From: Parcubacteria group bacterium GW2011_GWC1_36_108
GTDB taxonomy: Bacteria > Patescibacteriota > Minisyncoccia > Moranbacterales > GWC2-37-73
Assembly: GCA_000991245.1 (NCBI GenBank)
Contig: LBRD01000001.1
Coordinates: 5,467 to 69,466, forward strand
DNA: 64,000 bases
Direction of reading: 5' to 3'
Part shown: positions 54,978 through 63,966 of the stretch, one piece after another
How the letters are laid out: every line of letters starts with the position of its first letter
How positions within the stretch are numbered: the first letter of the stretch is position 1
The notes under the pieces: model-generated
Seen by the model: only the letters and a program-made list of their open reading frames with translations
Databases searched by the model: none
Told to the model about the DNA's origin: nothing
Made by a program: the position numbers and the translations under genes

Positions 54978-55015
54978 AAAATATGGCAAAGCAACGTTTC
55001 TCCATCTTACACTAT

Positions 55016-55696
55016 CTATTTCATTCTTTCAAGTCTCCTGATTCTAAGACGTGCTTTGTGATGAGCGGGGCTCAAACGCAAAACTTGTTTGAAACATTCC
55101 AGTGAATCTTGAAAATTATCCCCTTCCAAATAATAATCCCCCAGTCTTTCATATGCTTCTATGTCACGAGGGTTTACAGCAATTCGCTTGATCAATGCCT
55201 CTTCCAATTGATTTTTTTCTTTCACCATTTTTTGCCTAGGCATTGTTACAGCATCTTTAACCATCGGTCTGGATGATCTCACTTCCTCCACAACGTTGCT
55301 TTTATATTGAACATTCACAGTTTCATTAGCCCTTGTTTCATCAGCCTGTTGGAATTCAGCATTAAGCAAAACTTTTTTCTCTTGTTCTTCTTTTTGCAGT
55401 TGCACACTTCGTTGTCTTTTTTCTCGAATTGTTTGAAACCAAGCGTTGCTAACATTGTGAAATTTAAGTGAAAACAATTTCGTTCTATGCATTATTCTTT
55501 CCAATAATTTCAATCCGAACTGCCCTACTGATGATATCATTTTTTCAGTGTTTTTTTCGCTTTCTCTTTTATATTCATCAGCAATAAATTCTCCAGCTGG
55601 AATTTGCGCCGCCTTTTTAAAAAGGAACATTATCAAAATAGAAATGCTAATAACAATTATTATTGGTGGCAAAATATAATTAAGCATTTGATTCAA
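55016..55696 (-). CDS. Hypothetical membrane-anchored protein with C-terminal TPR-like repeat
   Basis: N-terminal TM; YERLGDYYLEGDNFQDSLECFKQVLRLSP is TPR-like. Confidence 0.45.
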   Translation of the reverse strand: MNQMLNYILPPIIIVISISILIMFLFKKAAQIPAGEFIADEYKRESEKNTEKMISSVGQFGLKLLERIMHRTKLFSLKFHNVSNAWFQTIREKRQRSVQLQKEEQEKKVLLNAEFQQADETRANETVNVQYKSNVVEEVRSSRPMVKDAVTMPRQKMVKEKNQLEEALIKRIAVNPRDIEAYERLGDYYLEGDNFQDSLECFKQVLRLSPAHHKARLRIRRLERMK

Positions 55697-55712
55697 AATT
55701 ACTTTGAAAAAA

Positions 55713-56489
55713 TTAGATGAGCGCTTCCTTTTTTACAACCACAATTGTACCATCAGTCATTCTTATTTTAACATCTCCTGTTAATACATTCAATTCAATA
55801 ACCTCACCTTTTCCATCGCGAGTCTTAACACTACTACGAACTTCCGGCATCCCAGCCATCATTTGTTGATATTGAGCGGCTTCATAAGAAAGACAACACA
55901 TAAGTCTTCCACAAACCCCAGAAATTCGCTCACTGCCCCTATGCGCAACTTGTTGTACACGAGCCATATCAATCGAAATACTAGGCAAACTTCCAGGAAA
56001 ACGCAAGCAGCAAAGATCCCTACCACAAACCCCACATCCTCCAAGTTTTCTAGCTTCATCTCGCGAACCAACTTGATGCATTCGTACAGAGCGATGAAAA
56101 ATTTTGGAAAGATTTTTTACCAACTCGCGAAAATCAACTCGCTCATCAGCAGTAAAAAGAATCACAGCGTTACTACCATCAAGACTAATATGAACGTCTA
56201 CCAATTTCATATTAAGTGACAATCGCTTGATTTCTATTTTGCTCAATTTCAAAATTTCACTTTTCTTCTCCTCATTTTTTGCCAACATCTCTAAATCTCT
56301 TTCAGTTGCTTTTCTAACAATAGTAGTATTTCTTTCCTTCATCACAATACCGCCACCATCTTCAATATATGCAATTTCACTAGTTAAATCTTCTTTTACA
56401 ACAATAGCATCACTAGTTTGAAATTCATGTTCACTTTTACAAAGACGTGCTGGTTCCCAACTATATACACGAACTGAATATTTATACAT
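55713..56489 (-). CDS. PSP1 C-terminal domain protein (YaaT/RicT-like)
   Basis: GCGVCGRDLCCLRF and GRLMCCLSYEAAQY Cys blocks characteristic of the PSP1/YaaT domain. Confidence 0.7.
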   Translation of the reverse strand: MYKYSVRVYSWEPARLCKSEHEFQTSDAIVVKEDLTSEIAYIEDGGGIVMKERNTTIVRKATERDLEMLAKNEEKKSEILKLSKIEIKRLSLNMKLVDVHISLDGSNAVILFTADERVDFRELVKNLSKIFHRSVRMHQVGSRDEARKLGGCGVCGRDLCCLRFPGSLPSISIDMARVQQVAHRGSERISGVCGRLMCCLSYEAAQYQQMMAGMPEVRSSVKTRDGKGEVIELNVLTGDVKIRMTDGTIVVVKKEALI

Positions 56490-56523
56490 ATTGCTTTTCC
56501 CTACATTAAATCACTACGAATGT

Positions 56524-57099
56524 TTATAGTTCAATTCTAGACATCTCACTAACTTCAATTTTTTCTCCCATTTTTCCAATAGCTGCTACGATTAATTCAT
56601 TGATTGTAATTTCAGGATTTTTAACAAAAGATTGAGTTAAAAGTGCCGATTCTTCTCTGAATTTCTTTTCTTTTCCTGCCATAATTTTTTCAATCATTTC
56701 CGCAGGTTTTTTCTCCGTTTCCAAAAGTGCGCGCCAAATTTCTTTTTCTTTTTCAATCAATTCGGTTGGCACATCTTCCGGTTTAATGAATTTTGGACTC
56801 ATAGCTGTTATATGCATTGCGATGTCCTTAGCAAGCGCAACAAACTCTTCATTACGAGCAACGAAATCAGTTTCACAAAGCAATTTAACCAAAGCGCCAA
56901 CCTTATTTGAATGTACATAAGAAACAACAACGCCTTCTTTTGTAACGCGATCTGCCTTTTTAGCAGCCTTGCTTTCTCCCTGCTTACGAAGAATTTCGAT
57001 TGCCTTTTCCTCATCTCCACCAGCCTCATCAACAGCCTTTTTAATAGCAACCATTCCAGCCCCAGTACGCTCTCTAATTTTTTTTACTAGTTCAAACAT
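56524..57099 (-). CDS. tsf: Elongation factor Ts (short form)
   Basis: N-terminal UBA-like LVKKIRERTGAGMVAIKKAVDEAGGDEEKAIEILRKQG. Confidence 0.9.
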   Translation of the reverse strand: MFELVKKIRERTGAGMVAIKKAVDEAGGDEEKAIEILRKQGESKAAKKADRVTKEGVVVSYVHSNKVGALVKLLCETDFVARNEEFVALAKDIAMHITAMSPKFIKPEDVPTELIEKEKEIWRALLETEKKPAEMIEKIMAGKEKKFREESALLTQSFVKNPEITINELIVAAIGKMGEKIEVSEMSRIEL

Positions 57100-57213
57100 A
57101 TTTTTTTATGATACTAATGATGCGAATATTATGCTAATACACAAATATGCGAATTATTTGCGTCATTCGTATATTTGCATCATTTGCATTCATTTGCGTA
57201 TTAGTATTTTTAT

Positions 57214-57975
57214 TTAAGCCTCAATAATTGCCTTATAAACATAAGAAAGAATAAGCCTGAGAGATGAAATTGCATCATCATTTGCAGGAATCGGGAAATC
57301 AACTTGTGATGGATCAATATTTGTATCAGCAATTGCAATCACAGGAATACCCATTTTCTTAGCTTCAGTAATTGCTAAATTATCTTCCTTTATACTTGCA
57401 GCAAATACTGCACCTGGAAGATCTGCCATATTTTTAATACCACCCATTCTTTTTTCCATTTTTTCTAATTCTTCCATTTTCTTCATCTGTTCAAATTTTG
57501 TGTATTTCTTGAATTCACCACGTGCCAACATTCCCTCGCTATCAACTAAATATCGAGTTCGTCCGCGAATAACCTTAAAGTTTGTAAATGTTCCACCAAG
57601 CCATCTTTCACTAACAAACGGCATCTGCAAAGCTCCTGCTAAATCTCTCACAAGCTCTTTAGATTGAATTTTTGTTCCAACAAAAAGAATTGCTTTACCA
57701 CTTTTCTTCACACCCACAAGAAAATCAAGCGCCTCTTGGATTTTTTCCTGAGTCTTTTGAAGATCAATAATGTTGATTCCTTTACGAGTTGTAAAGATGT
57801 ATTCATCCATTTTTGGGTTTCGGCGAGCTTTTTGATGACCAAAATGCACACCAGCCTTCATCATTTCCTCAAGACTTTGCTCAATTTTAGACACGTCAAG
57901 AGAAGCGAAATAGCTTTCTCGCACTTCTTTTTCCTCTGCAGCAGCCGGAGCTACTTGAGTAGTTTCATTTTGCAT
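57214..57975 (-). CDS. rpsB: 30S ribosomal protein S2
   Basis: AGVHFGHQKARRNPKM...IIDLQKT; rpsB-tsf operon arrangement. Confidence 0.9.
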   Translation of the reverse strand: MQNETTQVAPAAAEEKEVRESYFASLDVSKIEQSLEEMMKAGVHFGHQKARRNPKMDEYIFTTRKGINIIDLQKTQEKIQEALDFLVGVKKSGKAILFVGTKIQSKELVRDLAGALQMPFVSERWLGGTFTNFKVIRGRTRYLVDSEGMLARGEFKKYTKFEQMKKMEELEKMEKRMGGIKNMADLPGAVFAASIKEDNLAITEAKKMGIPVIAIADTNIDPSQVDFPIPANDDAISSLRLILSYVYKAIIEA

Positions 57976-58280
57976 ATTTTTTTACCCTAACCAAATCTCC
58001 CCAAAAATGAGGCTTTCTGGCGCGAGTTTCCTTTATGTCGCAGAGCGACCACCTACTTTTTCCCTTTTATTAGCCAGAAATCTCAATTTTTGAGACAGGA
58101 CTAGCCAGAAAAAGTATGCTTTTTGTTAATTAGTAATACAAGACTCAGTATAGCGCAGGACCCACCCCTTGTCAATTTTCTCTTACTATGTTAGGCTTTC
58201 TGAGTACTTAATTCGCATTTCCATATTTACACGTTTGTATATTTGTAAATTTGTAACTTTATTCGTAATTTGTAGAATAT

Positions 58281-58526
58281 ATGAAAAAGAAAATTCACCC
58301 TGAATATCACAGCGATGCAAAAATTATTTGCTCTTGTGGAGCAACACTGCAAACAGGTTCGACATTGAAAGAAATGAATGTTGAAATCTGCTCAGCTTGT
58401 CATCCTTTTTACACTGGTAAAAAGAAAGTCCTCGACACAACAGGACGCGTTGATCGCTTCAAAAAACTTGCTGAAAAGGCAGCAGCCAAAAAAGTTGCTC
58501 CAAAGAAAGCACGAGTTAAGAAATAA
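58281..58526 (+). CDS. rpmE: 50S ribosomal protein L31 (with K/A-rich C-terminal tail)
   Basis: [10 protein letters not shown]...[12 protein letters not shown]...[13 protein letters not shown]. Confidence 0.9.
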   Translation: MKKKIHPEYHSDAKIICSCGATLQTGSTLKEMNVEICSACHPFYTGKKKVLDTTGRVDRFKKLAEKAAAKKVAPKKARVKK

Positions 58527-58540
58527 GACAAACATCTTCT

Positions 58541-58568
58541 TAAAATTAAAAAGGAGTCCGAAAGGACT
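58541..58568. terminator. Bidirectional terminator AAAAAGGAGTCCgaaaGGACTCCTTTTT
   Basis: 8-bp GC-rich stem with A/T runs on both sides. Confidence 0.7.
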
Positions 58569-58573
58569 CCTTT

Positions 58574-58822
58574 TTAAAATACCCAGTAATTCACAACACC
58601 AAACAAAGTTACCAAGCAGAAAAACACAGTATTAACAAATATACCGATTTGTCCAGCTTGTTTGTAAGCTTTCCATGAAGAATAAAGCCAAAACGGCTGT
58701 GAAGCTAATGCTAACACCAAACCATACTTTGGAAATTTAAGTGCAATTGCTAATTGCCCACCAAGCGTCAAAGCTGGAAGAGCAACTTGTGTCATAGTAT
58801 TAAATATTTTTTTATTTTTCAT
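58574..58822 (-). CDS. Small hypothetical membrane protein (about 82 aa)
   Basis: Three hydrophobic helices. The ORF-track N-terminal extension (to 58990) would overlap prfA and is rejected. Confidence 0.4.
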   Translation of the reverse strand: MKNKKIFNTMTQVALPALTLGGQLAIALKFPKYGLVLALASQPFWLYSSWKAYKQAGQIGIFVNTVFFCLVTLFGVVNYWVF

Positions 58823-58883
58823 AAGTGTTTGACTTTTCCCTTTTTTAAAGCTAAAATTATAGCTGTATTGTAACAAAAAATCA

Positions 58884-59957
58884 ATGAAATCACAATTAGA
58901 TGCAATTAAAAAGGAATATGATGAAATAACAGCCGAGCTAAGTTCTCCGGAGATTTTTAATGATGCCAAAAAAATGGCGCAGCTTGGCAAGCGTCAAAGT
59001 GAGCTTCAAGGCTTGATGCAAAAAATCAATGAATATGAAAAAATTGAGCAAGAAATGAAAGGCAATGCCGAAATTATGAACACCGACGACGACGCAGAGA
59101 TGAAGGAAATGGCAACGACTGAAAATATTGAACTAGCAAAAAGAAAAGCTGAGATTGAAAAAGAACTTGAAGTTATGCTTTTGCCAAAAGATCCTAATGA
59201 TGACAAAAACATTATTGTGGAAATTCGTGGTGGCGCAGGTGGAGATGAGTCAGCCCTTTTTGCTGCCAGTCTTTTTCGTATGTATTCCAAGTTTGCCGAG
59301 AAAAACAATTGGAAACTGGATGTGTTAAATTCAAATCGCACAGAATTAGGAGGCTTCAAGGAAGTTGTTTTCGAAATTAACGGAACACCTTCAAACCCAG
59401 TTTATCAAAAAATGAAATTCGAATCTGGAGTGCATCGAGTGCAAAGAATTCCTGAAACAGAGAAACAAGGTCGCATCCACACCTCAACTGCAACCGTGGC
59501 TGTTCTCGCTGAAGCTGAAGAAGTTGATTTGGTTATCAGTGAAAATGATTTGCGAATCGACACTTTTTGCTCATCCGGTCCTGGAGGACAATCAGTAAAC
59601 ACCACCAAAAGCGCCGTGCGTATTACCCATATTCCAACTGGCGTGGTTGTTTCCTGCCAAGATGAAAAATCTCAACTAAAAAACAAAGACAAAGCTATGA
59701 AAGTTTTGCGCTCTCGCCTTTTGCAAGCCGAAGAAGAAAGAAAAGCAAAAGAACTGGGAGATGCTCGCAAAAGCCAAGTTGGAACCGGCGACCGCTCTGA
59801 AAAAATCAGAACTTATAATTATCCACAAGATCGCATCACTGACCATCGCATCAAACAATCTTGGAGCAATATGGAAGGAATTTTGGATGGCAATATCGAC
59901 CCTATTATTGAAGCTATCCGAGAAGAAGACACGAGACTTAAGATGACGACATCTTAA
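58884..59957 (+). CDS. prfA: Peptide chain release factor 1
   Basis: GGQ motif ([11 protein letters not shown]) and a PxT-type tripeptide region ([14 protein letters not shown]); followed by prmC. Confidence 0.9.
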   Translation: MKSQLDAIKKEYDEITAELSSPEIFNDAKKMAQLGKRQSELQGLMQKINEYEKIEQEMKGNAEIMNTDDDAEMKEMATTENIELAKRKAEIEKELEVMLLPKDPNDDKNIIVEIRGGAGGDESALFAASLFRMYSKFAEKNNWKLDVLNSNRTELGGFKEVVFEINGTPSNPVYQKMKFESGVHRVQRIPETEKQGRIHTSTATVAVLAEAEEVDLVISENDLRIDTFCSSGPGGQSVNTTKSAVRITHIPTGVVVSCQDEKSQLKNKDKAMKVLRSRLLQAEEERKAKELGDARKSQVGTGDRSEKIRTYNYPQDRITDHRIKQSWSNMEGILDGNIDPIIEAIREEDTRLKMTTS

Positions 59958-60022
59958 GAATTTTTAATTTTTAATTTTTAATTTTTAATCAATTTCCAAT
60001 GATTAAATTTTTAAATTAAATA

Positions 60023-60952
60023 ATGCTTACCATTCAGGAAATTACCGAGGCATACAAAAATAAGATTGATTTTTTAGATCTTGAAATATTAATTGCAAAT
60101 TCCCTCAAGAAAACGAGGGAATTTGTTTTAACGCATCCAGAATACAAATTAACAAAATTTCAAATTTCAAATTTCAAATTTCAAATTAATCGTCGCCTCA
60201 AAGGAGAGCCGATCGCCTACATCCTTGGTCATAAGGAATTTTATGGATTGGATTTTATCGTCAATAAACATACACTAGTTCCAAGACCAGAAACAGAACT
60301 ACTCGTTGAGCTGGTGCTCAACGAAATTTCCAATTTCCAATTTCCAATTTCCAATTTAGGAATTGTTGACATTGGGACAGGATCTGGAAATATTATTATT
60401 TCAATTGCACACGCCATACAGCATGGAGCATGGAGCATGAAGCAAAAAAATACCACAACATTTTTAGCATCAGATATCAGCAAGGAAGCATTAACTATTG
60501 CCAAAAAAAATGCAAGATTAAATGGCGTTGATAAAAAAATCAAATTCCTCCACGGAGATTTGTTAAAACCATTCTTAAAAGCTAAAAAGCTAATGCCTAA
60601 TAAGCTAATTATCACCGCTAATCTACCATATTTATCAAAAGATATTTATGAAAGCGCACCGATTGATGTAAAAAAATTCGAACCAAAATCAGCATTATAC
60701 AGTCCTGAAGAAGGACTACAGCATTATCGAGAACTATTAGAACAAATAAAAAAACTCTCCGTCATCAGTCATCAGTCATCAGTCATTCTGTTTTTGGAAT
60801 TTAGCCCTGAACAAAAAATATTGCTCGCAAAACTCATCAAAAGCATTTTCCCAAAAACCAAACCCGAATTCAAAAAAGACCTAGCTGGTAAATGGAGAGT
60901 GTGTAAAGTAACCATCCATACTTCTCCCTCTCCTTATCAAAGAAGAGATTGA
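60023..60952 (+). CDS. prmC: Release-factor glutamine N5-methyltransferase (PrmC/HemK)
   Basis: VDIGTGSGNI (motif I) and NLPY (an NPPY variant). Contains three in-frame heptanucleotide microsatellites. Confidence 0.85.
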   Translation: MLTIQEITEAYKNKIDFLDLEILIANSLKKTREFVLTHPEYKLTKFQISNFKFQINRRLKGEPIAYILGHKEFYGLDFIVNKHTLVPRPETELLVELVLNEISNFQFPISNLGIVDIGTGSGNIIISIAHAIQHGAWSMKQKNTTTFLASDISKEALTIAKKNARLNGVDKKIKFLHGDLLKPFLKAKKLMPNKLIITANLPYLSKDIYESAPIDVKKFEPKSALYSPEEGLQHYRELLEQIKKLSVISHQSSVILFLEFSPEQKILLAKLIKSIFPKTKPEFKKDLAGKWRVCKVTIHTSPSPYQRRD

Positions 60953-60977
60953 TAATGAAAAAATCATTAGATGCCAA

Positions 60978-61008
60978 ACTAAAACCCGCCAAATTGGCGG
61001 GTTTTAGT
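60978..61008. terminator. Bidirectional terminator AAACCCGCCaaatTGGCGGGTTTT
   Basis: GC stem flanked by A/T runs. Serves prmC (+) and the K-rich gene (-). Confidence 0.7.
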
Positions 61009-61069
61009 TTGTTGATATATTTAGGCTTACAATGAAGCCAAAAAATAAAAAACATGTATCAAAAGAAAA

Positions 61070-61240
61070 CTATTTTCGTTTCTTTGCTACTTTTCTTTTT
61101 GCAACTTTCTTTACAGCTTTTTTTGGAGCTGCTTTTTTAACTGCTTTTTTTACAGTTTTAACTGCTTTTTTTACAGCTTTCTTTGCAACTTTTTTAACTA
61201 CTTTTTTTGCAACTTTCTTTTTTGCTTTTTTAACTGCCAT
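61070..61240 (-). CDS. Lys/Ala-rich histone-H1-like basic protein (56 aa)
   Basis: Minus-strand translation gives MAVKKAKKKVAKKVVKKVAKKAVKKAVKTVKKAVKKAAPKKAVKKVAKRKVAKKRK. SD GGAGGTG 7 nt upstream of the ATG. The + strand FFATFLF ORF in the track is its mirror. Confidence 0.6.
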   Translation of the reverse strand: MAVKKAKKKVAKKVVKKVAKKAVKKAVKTVKKAVKKAAPKKAVKKVAKRKVAKKRK

Positions 61241-61836
61241 GGTAAAACACCTCCTTTCGTAAATTTGCTCTTATACGAATATCTAGCAAGACTCATTTGT
61301 CCCGCACCACCTCTTTTGATTTGCCTGCCTGCCGATGAGGCAGGAGTTGCAATCATCAGAAAAGGTGCGGGCCAAAGTCTAAAGTTCTAAATACTTTTTC
61401 AGAAAACAAATATTTTTAATTTTTAATTTTTGCTTTTAATGTTTTTATTTCACAGAAAAATTATTTTCAAAAAATCTTTTTTCCATTACCTTAATTATAG
61501 TGGATATTTTTTAAAAAGCAATGCAAAAAAGTTATCCACAGCGTCACAAAATTTTAAATTTTAACTTTTAAATTTTAAAGAACATTTTAACACCATATCC
61601 ACTATCTTATCTCACATTATATTTATACATCTATCTTGAAATAAAATTTCTAAAAAATATTTTCTACGCAGACTTTTTTTGAAAAAAATATTTTTTAACC
61701 TTTTTTATTTTTCAATACATTATATTTTTATAAAAAATATTTTATTCAAACTTTATTATAAATTATAAACCAATAATTTTACATCAATTTATATTATTTT
61801 TATTGTTATATGCTATATGTTATGTGTTGTATGTTT

Positions 61837-61876
61837 ACCCCGTTAAATTGTGGTACTCCACAATATTTAACTGGGG
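61837..61876 (+). promoter_or_regulatory. Leader inverted-repeat element (CCCCGTTAAAT-TGTGGTACTCCACA-ATATTTAACTGGGG) with no annotated long gene downstream
   Basis: Palindrome read from the sequence. Its arm sequences and flank (GGGG then UUAUAUGUUUUAUG) fit the + strand pattern. Confidence 0.5.
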
Positions 61877-61887
61877 TTATATGTTTT

Positions 61888-62043
61888 ATGCTTTATTACG
61901 CCAAAAAACAGGCTTTTTGTCTAGTTGACGCTCAAATTTGGCTAAGATACAATGAAAAGACTAAAGGAAGAATTTGTCTCCTAAAGCGATTGAAATCGCC
62001 AGAGGCGGATAAAGCTTCAACGAAAGCGCCCTTTGACAATTAA
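61888..62043 (+). CDS. Candidate small ORF (51 aa) starting 11 nt after the leader element
   Basis: MLYYAKKQAFCLVDAQIWLRYNEKTKGRICLLKRLKSPEADKASTKAPFDN. Its position relative to the element mirrors eno, MFS and glsB. No family recognised. Confidence 0.25.
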   Translation: MLYYAKKQAFCLVDAQIWLRYNEKTKGRICLLKRLKSPEADKASTKAPFDN

Positions 62044-62108
62044 TCATTCAATTCCTGCATCCTCTCACTGGACGCGGGATTAAACTAGAAAGGAAGGTGA
62101 AATCACAT

Positions 62109-62705
62109 ATGGAAGAATACACACCAGAAACAGAAACCCAAGAAGAAAAATCTGAACAACTAAAAAGATGGTTTCAAGATAATCTTCGCATTATCATCAG
62201 TGTTGCAATCGTTATTATCATTGCCGGAGGAATTTATTCATATTCAAAAAGAACAGATTCTCCTATCGTAGCTGATCAAGAACAAGCAACTGAAGAAAAC
62301 GACACAACCACTGACGAAGAAAAAGTTGCTGACAAAACAGAAGAGGCAAAAGTAACAGAAAACAAAGACACCAAGCCAGCTGTTTCTCCTGCTCAAACAA
62401 GCAAAGAAACTGAGGTTTCATTCGTTGAAACTGCAGGTAAAGGTGACGGATTGACTGTTCTTGCTCGTAGAGCAACTGCGAATTATCTCGAAAAAAACCA
62501 GGATTCAACTTTGACAAAAGAACACAAGATCTACATCGAAGATTACCTAAGAAAAGCTGTTGGTCAAAAAGGTGGCGTTCGCGTTGGAACAAACGTAGAA
62601 TTTTCAAAAGATTTGATCCAAAAAGCAATTGCTGCATCTAAGACACTTAATGAAAACCAATTGAAAAATCTTCAAAAATATTCAGCTCGAGTTTCTTCAC
62701 TCTAA
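62109..62705 (+). CDS. Hypothetical single-pass membrane protein with acidic low-complexity linker
   Basis: RBS GAAAGGAAGGTG. One TM near residue 30 and a T/E/D-rich segment. Unknown C-terminal domain. Confidence 0.5.
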   Translation: MEEYTPETETQEEKSEQLKRWFQDNLRIIISVAIVIIIAGGIYSYSKRTDSPIVADQEQATEENDTTTDEEKVADKTEEAKVTENKDTKPAVSPAQTSKETEVSFVETAGKGDGLTVLARRATANYLEKNQDSTLTKEHKIYIEDYLRKAVGQKGGVRVGTNVEFSKDLIQKAIAASKTLNENQLKNLQKYSARVSSL

Positions 62706-62776
62706 TAAGTGAAAAAGTTTAAGCAAATATTTGTTTCATAAAATTGTTCTTTTCCGGAAAAGATATTTATAACATA

Positions 62777-62803
62777 AAACCCCGCCAAAGCGGGGTTTTA
62801 TGT
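62777..62803. terminator. Bidirectional terminator AAAACCCCGCcaaaGCGGGGTTTT
   Basis: GC stem with A/T runs between the convergent genes. Confidence 0.7.
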
Positions 62804-62817
62804 TGTCTGTTTTTATT

Positions 62818-63966
62818 TTAGGACTTACGCATTTTCTCAAAAGCAATGGAGTCGCCAACTTCAATACCCAAATCATCCACTGTGCCAGCGTTAAGCTCCA
62901 AAACCTTATCTGCATCGCTATTTGGGATAAGAATGCCAACCAAGTCAGGTTTGATATTTTTTTCAATATAAACAATTTCATTTTTTGAAATCCACAAAAT
63001 ATCCAGAGGAAATTGCATATTCTTCATCCAAAATGTATGTTGCGAAGACTTTTGAAATTCAAAAAGCATACCGCAATTCTCACACATATCAACCCTACCG
63101 CCCAGTCCTTTTTGCATTTTTTGACTGCTGGAAACAAATTCGGCATAAAAAATATTATTTTTAATATTAACAGGAACAATTCGATTGCCAGCAAAAGAAT
63201 ATACCCTTTTTGACACATAACCAATCGCAAACACAAAAATAACAAGGGCTAACATCAACAATGCTATTTTTTTAATTTTCATTTTTCTGCGAATAATCAC
63301 AAAAAACACAAGTATAACCATTGTAACGAGAAAAAGTGCAATCATTTTTTCCAAAGCTTGCGTATTAAGCGCTATAAATGCAACTAATGCAGTTATTACG
63401 TAATAAAAAAGACAAATGTTTCTTTGCGACCATCCAAGTTCAAGCAGCCTAAAATGCAGGTGTCGCCTATCCCCAGAGAAAATTGAAGCTCCCGCTTTGA
63501 AGCGTTCACCAATAACCCAAAGTGCATCGATAATAGGTACGGCCAGCACAAGCAAGGTGGTTGCTATTTTTGCTCCAGCAAAAATAGCCAGAACCGCCAA
63601 AATAAAACCTATAAACATTGAGCCGCTACTCCCGGCTAAAATTTTTGCGGGATAAAAATTAAAAAGCAAAAAGGCAACCAGACCACCCGCAAAAACAGCC
63701 GCAATAATTCCAATAGGCGGTTGATTAACTTCCGGCCTTAAACTTAAAAAGAAAATCGCTACGATTCCAATAAGTGCCACACCCCCAGCCACACCATCAA
63801 TTCCATCAACCCAATTCATCGCATTCATAAGAAAAATAATCCAGATAGTGGAAATCAAAAAACCAAATACATATCCCCAACCAGCATCAAGCACCAGCAC
63901 TCCACCAAAAGGATTTGTCACATATTCAAGATGTACGCCCATAATATACACAAAAATCACAATCAA
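62818..63966 (-). CDS. WecA/MraY-family (GT4) polyprenyl-phosphate sugar-1-phosphate transferase fused to a C-terminal DUF192-like domain
   Basis: NAMNWVDGIDGVAGG and ILAGSSGSMFIGF motifs with about 10 TM segments. The C-terminal ~110 aa (GRVDMCENCGMLFEF...FWMKNMQFPLDILWI...VLELNAGTVDDLGIEVGDSI) fit the DUF192 pattern. The N-terminus may extend beyond the window. Confidence 0.7.
   Translation of the reverse strand: MIVIFVYIMGVHLEYVTNPFGGVLVLDAGWGYVFGFLISTIWIIFLMNAMNWVDGIDGVAGGVALIGIVAIFFLSLRPEVNQPPIGIIAAVFAGGLVAFLLFNFYPAKILAGSSGSMFIGFILAVLAIFAGAKIATTLLVLAVPIIDALWVIGERFKAGASIFSGDRRHLHFRLLELGWSQRNICLFYYVITALVAFIALNTQALEKMIALFLVTMVILVFFVIIRRKMKIKKIALLMLALVIFVFAIGYVSKRVYSFAGNRIVPVNIKNNIFYAEFVSSSQKMQKGLGGRVDMCENCGMLFEFQKSSQHTFWMKNMQFPLDILWISKNEIVYIEKNIKPDLVGILIPNSDADKVLELNAGTVDDLGIEVGDSIAFEKMRKS

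Noticed and set aside
58823-58990. N-terminal 56 codons of the minus-strand ORF 58574-58990
   Set aside because: They would overlap the first ~100 nt of prfA, including its RBS. The downstream in-frame Met at 58822 gives a compact 82-aa membrane protein instead.
61032-61262. + strand ORF encoding an F/A/T-rich repeat protein (MKPKNKKHVSKENYFRFFATFLFATFF...)
   Set aside because: It is the reverse-frame shadow of the minus-strand (KKAVKK)n histone-like gene, which has a perfect SD and a sensible stop. The + strand product is implausible low-complexity.
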